A DNA stretch of 64,000 bases from Dehalococcoidia bacterium (GTDB lineage: Bacteria; Chloroflexota; Dehalococcoidia; GIF9; UBA5629). The notes beneath the pieces were generated by a model, which saw only the letters and a program-made list of their open reading frames with translations, did no database searches and was not told where the DNA came from. This document shows, in pieces, positions 51,841 to 60,065 of the stretch. Position 1 is the first letter of the stretch. Each line of letters begins with the position of its first letter. Position numbers and translations under genes: made by a program. The DNA is taken from positions 96,001 through 160,000 of the forward strand of contig JBEKIW010000004.1 in the NCBI GenBank assembly GCA_050011565.1, read 5' to 3'.

Positions 51841-52272
51841 TCATTGTCCGATCTTGTACTTATAGCCCTCCAGAGTGAAGTCTGGCTTTGGCTTGGTGCC
51901 ATGGGTAACAGTAACTGTTATTTTCTGGAGTCCTTCATCGGCACCAGTATGGAGGCCCTGAGGGTCCAGGGGTACGAACGCAATCCCTATGTGATATCCG
52001 GCAGGTTCTGTGATTTTGGTATATTGTCCGGTAACGCTGTAATTTTGTTGCTTTATAGACTCCATTTGCGATTTAGCTAAGCCTTCGGCGGATACTTGAT
52101 CCTGGCCGACCATTACCGCCTTAGATGAGGTTGACACAGCGACAAGGAAGACACCGGCAACTGCGGCTAAAAGGGCGAGCGCTATCAGGACTTCCACCAG
52201 ATTAAAACCTTGCTCGCCGTTGAGGGCAGAGCGGAAGCTCGGAAATGACCACCGGTGCCGGCTTTTAGTCAT
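51841..52272 (-). CDS. Minor type IV pilin (PilV-like)
   Basis: EQG|FNLVEVLIAL, A..LAKSQMESIK and LQKITVTV motifs. Confidence 0.85.
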   Translation of the reverse strand: MTKSRHRWSFPSFRSALNGEQGFNLVEVLIALALLAAVAGVFLVAVSTSSKAVMVGQDQVSAEGLAKSQMESIKQQNYSVTGQYTKITEPAGYHIGIAFVPLDPQGLHTGADEGLQKITVTVTHGTKPKPDFTLEGYKYKIGQ

Positions 52273-53490
52273 CTAGCCACCTGCTCCTCCTACCAGGCTA
52301 AGGGAGCTGTAGATGGGCATAAAAACAGCCAGGGCGAGGAAGCCAACTCCCACCCCCATGGCTATGGTCATCACCGGCTCAATCATGCCGAGCATGGTCT
52401 GTGTCCTTCTGTCGGCTTCGATTTCAAAGTTTTCAGCTACCATAATTAGTGACTCGTCCAGACTGCCTGTTTCCTCACCTACCTTGGTCATTTCCACCAT
52501 CATAGGCAAAAAGACAGGGTTGTTGCTCATTGGTTTAGACATTCCCTGGCCTCTGAGCATGCCCTGTTCCACCTGGCTCAAAGCTCTGGATACAACTCGA
52601 TTGCCAGTGGCTTGAATGGTCAGAGCCATAACTTCAGGAATTGGCAGACCGGCGCGAAATAACACCGATAAGCTGCGGCAAGCCCGTGCCAGCTCAGTTA
52701 ACAGATTCAGCCGACCGAGCAACGGCAACCGCAACATAATCCTATCGCGGTTATAACGTCCGGTTGGCGTCCGGCCGTAAAAGAAACCGACTGCAATCAA
52801 AGCGATGATGCCCACGAATAAAAATACGCCAAAATGTTGCAGGAAACCCATACTGGCGAGGAGAATCCTGGTGGGTAGAGGTAGCTCGCCGCCCAACGTG
52901 CTGAACATCTTAATCAGTGGCGGCAGCAGGACGGTGAGCATGATTATGGCAACAACGATTGCCAAACAGAAGACAATAACGGGATACATCATGGCCTGCT
53001 TGATTTTAGACATAGATGCGGTCAGACGCTCGGTGTAAGTAGCTAAGCTCTTAAGTACGGTTTCCAGCGAGCCAGTCTGCTCACCGACGCTAATCATCTT
53101 GCAGTAAAGCTTAGAAAAGACCTGAGGATGCTGGGCCAGAGCCAGCGATAGCGATTTGCCTCCTCGGAGGTCGTTGATTACTGCAAGAAGCACTCTCTTT
53201 AGCCCTGAGTCGGTTGACTGGTTTTGGAGCAACTCCAGGGCCTGGATGATACCGACGCCTGATTCCAAAAGCAGCGCCAGTTGCCGGGAGAAGGTAACCA
53301 TCTCCGCCGACTTAACCTTTTTCCGGAAAAATCCACCTGAGGATGAAAACAAGCGTGTGTCTGGCTTAAGGCTGACCACCCGGTAGCCGATGTTAGACAA
53401 CATATCCGCGGCTGCGCGCTCATCAGCCGCTGAAATCCTTCCCTTTACCATTTGCCGGTCTGCGGCATATCCTTGATAGGTATAGTCCAT
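52273..53490 (-). CDS. pilC: Type IV pilus platform protein (GspF/PilC)
   Basis: FSRQLALLLESG, GEQTGSL, AMMYP, LPLPT, GEETGSL and IEP motifs. Confidence 0.93.
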   Translation of the reverse strand: MDYTYQGYAADRQMVKGRISAADERAAADMLSNIGYRVVSLKPDTRLFSSSGGFFRKKVKSAEMVTFSRQLALLLESGVGIIQALELLQNQSTDSGLKRVLLAVINDLRGGKSLSLALAQHPQVFSKLYCKMISVGEQTGSLETVLKSLATYTERLTASMSKIKQAMMYPVIVFCLAIVVAIIMLTVLLPPLIKMFSTLGGELPLPTRILLASMGFLQHFGVFLFVGIIALIAVGFFYGRTPTGRYNRDRIMLRLPLLGRLNLLTELARACRSLSVLFRAGLPIPEVMALTIQATGNRVVSRALSQVEQGMLRGQGMSKPMSNNPVFLPMMVEMTKVGEETGSLDESLIMVAENFEIEADRRTQTMLGMIEPVMTIAMGVGVGFLALAVFMPIYSSLSLVGGAGG

Positions 53491-53567
53491 ATCACTAACC
53501 TCCAAATTAGATAACGAGGCTAACGCCCCACGGCCATATTTCAGAGCCGCCAGTATATTTCATTGCT

Positions 53568-55976
53568 TTAATCACCTACGGAATAGGCGTTGCGTAGCAC
53601 TTCATACGGTGTGGTGATGCCGGCCCCGGCCTTAAGCATGCCGTCTTTGGACAGAGTTATCATTCCTTCCTCAATCGCCTGGGCACGAATGTCAGCAGCA
53701 GTAGCACCGGTAACAATCAATCGCCTGATTTCATCGCTCATGGTCAGAATTTCAAAAAGACCTGTCCTACCCAGATAACCGGTGTACGTACATAATTTGC
53801 AGCCGGCACCGTAATCGAACTCGAGTCGTTCCTCACCTGTTTCGCGGTAATAAGCTTTCTGCTCTACCAGAGGCGCTTCGACCTTGCGAGCGCAGCTGGT
53901 ACAGACCCGCCGAACCATTCGTTGGGCCGCGATACAGATAACGGCTGAGCATATGAGGAAAGGCTCAACACCGAGGTCGATAAGTCGAAATAGTACGCCT
54001 ACCGTATCATTGGCATGGACTGAAGATAGCACCAGATGGCCGGTTAGAGCAGACTGGGTGGCTATGTCAGCGGTCTCACTATCTCGAATCTCACCGACCA
54101 GTATAACGTCGGGATCAAGCCGTACTATAGCCCGCAATCCACTGGCAAAGGTTACACCGGCCTTGGTATTTATTTGTATCTGGTTTATACCCTGGAAACG
54201 ATACTCCACGGGGTCTTCGATGGTAATGATGTTGCGGCCTACCTTATCGAGTGAGTTGACCGCAGCATAAAGCGTTGTTGTCTTGCCGGCGCCGGTAGGG
54301 CCACTGAGCAATAGCATGCCATAAGGTGCCATAAGCATACGCTCGAACTGTTCCTGGCTCTCCGGCAGGAAACCTAGTTGAGACAGAGATAGGGCGGCCA
54401 TTGATTTATCCAGAAGGCGAAGTACTGCCGTTTCACCGTGGACAGTGCTGATACTGGCTACCCGAATGTCAATATCTTTGCCCGTGGCGACAAGTGAGAA
54501 CTGACCATCTTGAGGGCGGCGTGGGTCAGCGATATTCATACCGGCCAGAATTTTAATGCGGGAAATAAGCGGTCCGTGAGCACCAATGGGCAGTGAGGTG
54601 ACCTCGTGAAGTATACCATCGATACGATATCGGACACGTAACCTATCTTCTTCAGGTTCGATATGAATATCGGAAGCACGGGCTTTTACCGCCTCTTCAA
54701 CTAATAAATTAAGCGCCTTGGCTATCGGAGAACCATCGGCTATCTCGGCAGCAGCTTTATCTACAGGTATTATCCCTGAGGCTACTGCTGCCAGGTTGAA
54801 CTGTTTGTCTATTTCGCCAAACTTGCCTATTTCGCCAAACTGTTTGCCTACTTCGCCAGGGGTTTTGTAGTTGAAATCAATGGCTGCTTGCACATCCGCG
54901 AGTGTTGCCGGCACCGGCTCGATTCTCATTTTGGTTCTAGCAGCCAGGGCTTGTATAGCCAAAATATCGCCAGGGTTGACCATGGCTACACGTAAAGTAT
55001 TATCGTTAACCGCCAATGGTACTGCATTATACTTTCTAGCCAGTTTTTCGGGGATGATACTAAGGACTTCCGGCGACGGGGCTTGAATCGGTACGTTAAT
55101 TTTAGCGGCGCCGGAAACCAGCCCGGTAACCACCGGCGGTTCAGCGCGTATCGATTCAGCTACTTTGACTGCGCCTGTTTCCTTGCTTGCTTGTGCAGCT
55201 GCCTTTTTAGCTGTATGGGGTTCAGCGGCTGGTTTCTCTTGTGTTGCCTTACCAATTTCAAAGACTTTTATCTGCTGTTTCTCGGCGAATTGCCTGGCTT
55301 CATCGCTGAGTTTCGGTGATGCCACAATCAGACTGCGGACAATGCCCGTGTCTTTAGCTCTAGAATCAATTAAAGATAACGGCTCTATACCCACCTCATC
55401 GTCCGCCGAGAGAAAATCTATGCTGACTGGATGGGTAATAAGGCCATCGTCCACATAGGCCAAGACATCAAAGATATGCTCGGCTTCTGATATGCCATTT
55501 ACCTTAACTTTTTCCTCGGTTTTGTAGCCACGTTCGGTCAATGATTTTAGTAGCTGGGCTCTAGTGCCGAATTCAACAGGCTTGTGGTGTTTGGCTGCGG
55601 GTGGCGCTGCACTCAGGAATGCATTTAGACCCTTTTCATCAAAAACTTTTATGCTTTCTTGCTGGGCGAAGTTGGCGGCCATGGCACCAAGTTTGGGTAT
55701 AGCGATAAAGACTCTGTCAGCTATGCCGGCATCATTTGCTTTCTCATCGAAATTGAATAGTGCACCCAGGCCTACTTCTTCACGCTGGCTGACAGATGAC
55801 CCGATGGCTACATCGTAACTGAAAAGGCCATCGTCTTTATGTGCCATCATAGCAAACTTATGCTCAGTTCCCGAACTGCCCTTGACTTTAGCATCCATGG
55901 TTACTTCGTAGCCATGCTGCTTCAGGCGTTGCGCGAACTGGCTCTCGCGTGTTTGTTGGGAATCTGCCTTCGCCAT
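53568..55976 (-). CDS. pilB: Type IV pilus extension ATPase (PilB/GspE) with an N-terminal tandem PD-(D/E)xK-fold module
   Basis: ASDIHIEP, PQDG, GPTGAGKTTT, TIEDPVE, DPDVILVGEIRD, TGHLVLS, and tetracysteine motif; T2SSE_N-like IPEKLARKYNAVP; extra ~240-aa N-terminus. Confidence 0.92.
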   Translation of the reverse strand: MAKADSQQTRESQFAQRLKQHGYEVTMDAKVKGSSGTEHKFAMMAHKDDGLFSYDVAIGSSVSQREEVGLGALFNFDEKANDAGIADRVFIAIPKLGAMAANFAQQESIKVFDEKGLNAFLSAAPPAAKHHKPVEFGTRAQLLKSLTERGYKTEEKVKVNGISEAEHIFDVLAYVDDGLITHPVSIDFLSADDEVGIEPLSLIDSRAKDTGIVRSLIVASPKLSDEARQFAEKQQIKVFEIGKATQEKPAAEPHTAKKAAAQASKETGAVKVAESIRAEPPVVTGLVSGAAKINVPIQAPSPEVLSIIPEKLARKYNAVPLAVNDNTLRVAMVNPGDILAIQALAARTKMRIEPVPATLADVQAAIDFNYKTPGEVGKQFGEIGKFGEIDKQFNLAAVASGIIPVDKAAAEIADGSPIAKALNLLVEEAVKARASDIHIEPEEDRLRVRYRIDGILHEVTSLPIGAHGPLISRIKILAGMNIADPRRPQDGQFSLVATGKDIDIRVASISTVHGETAVLRLLDKSMAALSLSQLGFLPESQEQFERMLMAPYGMLLLSGPTGAGKTTTLYAAVNSLDKVGRNIITIEDPVEYRFQGINQIQINTKAGVTFASGLRAIVRLDPDVILVGEIRDSETADIATQSALTGHLVLSSVHANDTVGVLFRLIDLGVEPFLICSAVICIAAQRMVRRVCTSCARKVEAPLVEQKAYYRETGEERLEFDYGAGCKLCTYTGYLGRTGLFEILTMSDEIRRLIVTGATAADIRAQAIEEGMITLSKDGMLKAGAGITTPYEVLRNAYSVGD

Positions 55977-56022
55977 TTGTAATTTCGCCTCGTTTTAAAA
56001 ACAAGTATATCCCGAGACACAC

Positions 56023-56061
56023 AACCCCATGAAGCCAAATTTTCATTGGTTTCACGGGGTT
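56023..56061 (-). terminator. Stem-loop between Roadblock gene 1 and pilB
   Basis: aaccccatgaagccaa...ttggtttcacggggtt; weak U tract. Confidence 0.45.
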
Positions 56062-56085
56062 TATCTCTTTGTCGTCGTTTTAAAT

Positions 56086-56511
56086 TCAGGGGGCTATAGT
56101 TCCCATACCATCCCTTCGGGGCAACGGCTCATGTCCGGGCAGCGCCCGCTCCAGTCTTGGGGCATAATTGTTGTTAGCCATGCGTATCATGCCCAGCGGC
56201 ACGGTGCTAGGGGCACTGACAACCATAAAGCAAGCCCCGTCAGCTATGGGTTTTATCACCTGGTAGGTGAAGGCGGTACTGAAAATGACATCGTCGAGCT
56301 TGCCAAATTCAGTAGTCGATTGTTTGAAGGCATCGATTGCTCCATTAATCGTCTGAATAAACCCGCCCAGCGAGTCGGGTGGCAGTTTATTATCGGGTGA
56401 GTCCCAGGATGAAAGCAACATCCCATCATTATCGGCAACTGCTATCACCCAGGTTCCTGCCAGTCCCCCCGCCATCTCAGACAACAACTCCTTCATATTG
56501 GTATTAGGCAT
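56086..56511 (-). CDS. Roadblock/LC7 (MglB-like) protein 1
   Basis: Pattern helix-LAG.W...VADNDGMLL, long helix, beta strands, and the PLGMIR terminal helix; GGAGGTG ribosome-binding site. Confidence 0.75.
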   Translation of the reverse strand: MPNTNMKELLSEMAGGLAGTWVIAVADNDGMLLSSWDSPDNKLPPDSLGGFIQTINGAIDAFKQSTTEFGKLDDVIFSTAFTYQVIKPIADGACFMVVSAPSTVPLGMIRMANNNYAPRLERALPGHEPLPRRDGMGTIAP

Positions 56512-56597
56512 TAAAGCTCACCTCCTTTCTCCACTTTTCCGGTATCGAAAATAACTCCATTCTCCAAGCTTTTCAGATACAAAATCAACTTGGTTCA

Positions 56598-56662
56598 AGT
56601 GTAAGCAAGTCAAGTATGTTTGTCAAGCAAAACGATAGGTTCTATGTAGCACTTTAGTCCTA
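56598..56662 (-). promoter_or_regulatory. Promoter plus upstream palindromic box
   Basis: TTGACA-17-TACACT; box TAGCAC-TTTA-GTCCTA lies 20 bp upstream of the -35. Confidence 0.65.
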
Positions 56663-56717
56663 TGTGGAACTTAGTGGAATACCGTAGCGATACAGGTTAA
56701 CAACTGCAGGTTTGACT

Positions 56718-57113
56718 TCAGGTGGCTATTGGCTCGCGGCCGGGAATGGCCTGCTCCAGCCTGGGGACATAATTTTTGAACGCGGTACGTATCGAACCCA
56801 GAGATATCGTCCTCGACGCGTCCGCTACTATAAAGCAAGAACCATTGCAAATCGGCTTAAGCATCATATAACTTAAGGATGTACCCAGTACGATATCATC
56901 GAGCTTGCTGAATCCATTGGACGATTGTTTGAACGTGCTGATGGTGGACTTAATCTGTTGAATGAACTCACCCAGCGCTTCAGGTGAGAGCTTATTTTCG
57001 GATGACTCCCAGTAAGCAAGAACCATGCAATCACTGTCTGTTACTGCTAACAGCCGGATTCCCTCGAGTCCACTTGCCATTTCAGCCAACAGGTCCTTCA
57101 TGCTGATTGCCAT
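56718..57113 (-). CDS. Roadblock/LC7 protein 2 (lacks the C-terminal tail)
   Basis: Paralogue: LEGIRLLAVTDSDCMVL...SLGSIR. Confidence 0.75.
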   Translation of the reverse strand: MAISMKDLLAEMASGLEGIRLLAVTDSDCMVLAYWESSENKLSPEALGEFIQQIKSTISTFKQSSNGFSKLDDIVLGTSLSYMMLKPICNGSCFIVADASRTISLGSIRTAFKNYVPRLEQAIPGREPIAT

Positions 57114-57308
57114 TGTAGATTAGTTCCTCTTTAATCCGATTATTGTTATCTTACAGCGTTGAGTGAATTAGCTCTCAAATATTTGCCTGATATCTGCTTC
57201 CGCCGTCTATCTCTGGTATCATCGCAAGTAAGGATTATTTTTGAAGAATAACACACACTGTAATATATAAATTACGTAGGTAGTGTGTCTTTGCTGGTCT
57301 GTTTAACT

Positions 57309-57734
57309 TCAGGGGATGATGGTCCCCATGCCGTCCTTGCGCGGCGATGGCTGGCGGCCGGGCAGAGATTGCTCCAGTCTCGGGGCATAATTGTTGATAG
57401 TCGTACGTATCATGCCCAGAGGCACACTCCTGGGAGCGCTAACTACTATAAAGCAGGTGGCATCAGCTATAGGCTTAATTATCTGGTGGACCTGAGTGGT
57501 ACTGAATATGATATCCTTGAAGCTGCTGAAGCCTACTGGCGACTGTTTAAATATGACCACCGCGTTATTAAATATCTGCATAAATCCGCCCAATGCTTCG
57601 GGAGAAACTTTATTATCGGGCCCCTGCCAGGTTGCCAGGACCATGCTATCACTATCTATTACCGTAACCTGCCAGATTCCTGGCACTCCCCGTGCCATTT
57701 CGGACACTATATCCTTCATATTACCGTCTGGCAC
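57309..57734 (-). CDS. Roadblock/LC7 protein 3
   Basis: VPGIWQVTVIDSDSMVL...PLGMIR; GTG start after AAGGAGGT. Confidence 0.75.
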   Translation of the reverse strand: MPDGNMKDIVSEMARGVPGIWQVTVIDSDSMVLATWQGPDNKVSPEALGGFMQIFNNAVVIFKQSPVGFSSFKDIIFSTTQVHQIIKPIADATCFIVVSAPRSVPLGMIRTTINNYAPRLEQSLPGRQPSPRKDGMGTIIP

Positions 57735-57791
57735 TAAGTGTTACCTCCTTTCTTAAATTAAAGATGTTTAATCTAAATAAGTTGTCTGGCT

Positions 57792-58217
57792 TCAGGAAAC
57801 GACTGTTCCAATGCTATCCCTTCGCGGCAGTGCCTCATGCCCGGGCAGAGCCTGCTCCAGTTTGGGGGTATAATTATTAGCTGCCATGCGTATCATTCCC
57901 AGCGGCACGGTGTTTGGGGCATTGACTACCATAAAGCACGCCCCATTGGCCATGGGCTTTATCACGACGGAGGAAAAACCCATACTGAATATGACATCAT
58001 CGAGCTGACCGAATCCGGTAGTCGATTGTTTGAAAGCATCGATTGCTTCATTAACCGTTTGAATAAACCCGCCCAGCATTTCAGGTGGGAGTTTATTCCC
58101 GGGCGAGCTCCAGGATGAAAGCAGCATCCCATCACTATCGGCGACTATAATCACCCAGGCTCCTTCCAGTCCCCCGGCCATTTCTGACAATATGTCCTTC
58201 ATTTTTATATCAGGCAT
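57792..58217 (-). CDS. Roadblock/LC7 protein 4
   Basis: LEGAWVIIVADSDGMLL...PLGMIR; closest to protein 1. Confidence 0.75.
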   Translation of the reverse strand: MPDIKMKDILSEMAGGLEGAWVIIVADSDGMLLSSWSSPGNKLPPEMLGGFIQTVNEAIDAFKQSTTGFGQLDDVIFSMGFSSVVIKPMANGACFMVVNAPNTVPLGMIRMAANNYTPKLEQALPGHEALPRRDSIGTVVS

Positions 58218-58334
58218 TAAAGACCACCCCCTTTCGCTTTATTCCTGACCATGGAAGATAATCTAAGTTCCATATCTAACCAATAAATCACCCGCGCTTC
58301 CTGTATCGAGCGCCGGTATATTTAATTTCATCAA

Positions 58335-58400
58335 AGTGTAGGCATGTTCTCGTACGTTTGTCAAGTTCGTTAACGTATTGGATATAGTACCTTAGTCCTA
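58335..58400 (-). promoter_or_regulatory. Promoter plus upstream palindromic box
   Basis: TTGACA-18-TACACT; box TAGTAC-CTTA-GTCCTA lies 20 bp upstream of the -35. Confidence 0.65.
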
Positions 58401-58479
58401 TAGACTACTTTGGGAGGGATAGATGAATGTACCCAATTCATGCTGTATGAGGGTGAGGGTAGCTACGGACGCCAGTATT

Positions 58480-59841
58480 TTAAGCTAATTTACCGGGGTC
58501 GCTAACTTCGATGGTTTTGATTCTCTGATATTGGGCAAATTGCCTGGCTTCCTGACTGAGCTGGGGGCAGACCAGTAACAGCTTGTCATGAATACCGACG
58601 TCGTAGGCCCTGGTGTCAAATGAAGATACAGTATTGAAACTGATTTCGTCATGCGCTATCAAGATATTTATAGCTAATGTGTGGTTGATGATGCCATCAT
58701 TTTTGATAGCCAGTATATCGAAGACATGCTCTACTCCGGACCTACCCATGATTTTGGCTTTTTCCTCAAAACTATAGCCGGAATTTTTCAAGTGTTCCAA
58801 GAGTTTAGCTTTGGTTTCAAAGACGAAAGGCTGGTTGCCCGATTGCTTTTGTGTCGCTAGCGGGGGCGATTTCAAAAGGAGTTCTATGTCCTTTGCCTCA
58901 ATGACTTTAATCCGCTGTTGCCGGGCAAATTGACCGGCTTCGGGGCTGAGCTTGGGAACGACCACCAAAACCTTATCGTGTATGCCCAGGTCATATACCT
59001 TGTTATCGAAGGCAAAAACTTCGGCTAAACTTATTTCTTGTCCCTGGCTGTCGACAAGTATGCCAACGCCGATGGTGTAATTTACCAGGCCATCGCTACG
59101 CTGTGCCAGGATATCCAGTACATGTTTAGCTCCGGACTTAGTAGTACCATTGACTTTGGCACTTTCAATAACATCATAGCCCCGGCTTCTGAGAAAATCT
59201 GCGAATCTCGGTTTCTCAGTGAGTTCGAATTGAAGCTGGCGTTTTTTACCTGCATTTAGGCGATAGGAATATAGAACTATCTCTTTGGCTTCGCCTTCCG
59301 GGAATAAGTATGAGCACTGGAGGCACTGCATATTGAAGGCAGCGTCTTTTGAAATCGCACCGCATTCACGGCATTTGTAGCTGATGCCCAGACTCTGATA
59401 GTCGGTGCCGAGAAACCTGAGCTCCTGTCGGCATTTGGGGCAGACGTATTTACCGTTATTTGCGTAATCTTCTTCAAGGCTGTTATTGCGGCAGGCAAGA
59501 TGTTCCAGTATTCTACCTTTGGCTATGTTGCCTGAGCCGCACTTGGGGCAGCCAAGTCCTGGTTTTAAATTTGGAGACTGGCATTTGGGACAAAATCGAA
59601 TATTTTCATGTAAATTTCTCTCCAGAATGTCCTCATTAGCCAGAAATTCCAGGGTGTTTACGGCCTCCAAAGTTGTTGACTCAAGGATTTTTTCTGCTTG
59701 AGGGTAACCGAAACCATCCTTGGTCGACGCGTTGATGCTGGGTTTGACTTCGCTTATTCTCCCGGACATAATCTCCTGGATAAGCTTCATAGCCTTATTA
59801 TTTTGCTTTACCATTCTAACTGCATCAATGACTTCGACCAT
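58480..59841 (-). CDS. TackOD1-like multi-zinc-ribbon protein with two C-terminal Mrr-like PD-(D/E)xK-fold domains
   Basis: GYP...LE.LA..DILER, then CPKC, CPKC, HLAC, CPKC, CREC, CLQC; twice GY...K..G.SG..H..DILA...D.GI.D...P.LS.EA.QFA..Q.IK. Confidence 0.7.
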   Translation of the reverse strand: MVEVIDAVRMVKQNNKAMKLIQEIMSGRISEVKPSINASTKDGFGYPQAEKILESTTLEAVNTLEFLANEDILERNLHENIRFCPKCQSPNLKPGLGCPKCGSGNIAKGRILEHLACRNNSLEEDYANNGKYVCPKCRQELRFLGTDYQSLGISYKCRECGAISKDAAFNMQCLQCSYLFPEGEAKEIVLYSYRLNAGKKRQLQFELTEKPRFADFLRSRGYDVIESAKVNGTTKSGAKHVLDILAQRSDGLVNYTIGVGILVDSQGQEISLAEVFAFDNKVYDLGIHDKVLVVVPKLSPEAGQFARQQRIKVIEAKDIELLLKSPPLATQKQSGNQPFVFETKAKLLEHLKNSGYSFEEKAKIMGRSGVEHVFDILAIKNDGIINHTLAINILIAHDEISFNTVSSFDTRAYDVGIHDKLLLVCPQLSQEARQFAQYQRIKTIEVSDPGKLA

Positions 59842-59875
59842 TATTTTCCCTCGATACTTAAGTTCCAGCTAAGAA

Positions 59876-60030
59876 AGTTTAAATGAAACGTAGCCAAGTT
59901 GCAATACATTTATCTGGCTTCATACAACATTTGGTCATGTTTGAGGTAGTACATTAGTCCCGAAAGGGCATTATGCAGCCGTATTTTGTACCAGGAGCAG
60001 TTTGACAACCGTAAAGCATTAATATAAAAT
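59876..60030. promoter_or_regulatory. Divergent promoters with a central palindromic box
   Basis: Minus strand TTGCAA-17-TAAACT; plus strand TTGACA(60002)-17-TAAAAT; box TAGTAC-ATTA-GTCCCG at 59947-59962. Confidence 0.6.
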
Positions 60031-60065
60031 AGTACCTAACTAGCAGTTGTTTAAAACAACAACAA

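Noticed and set aside
58480-59841. Active type IV (Mrr) restriction or anti-phage nuclease
   Set aside because: The (D/E)xK catalytic motif is not visible in either repeat, and the context is a pilus locus. Kept only as a pseudo-nuclease hypothesis.
45997-59962. LexA (SOS) boxes as the identity of the palindrome
   Set aside because: The sites do not match GAAC-N4-GTTC and lie upstream of the -35 rather than over the promoter; not fully excluded.
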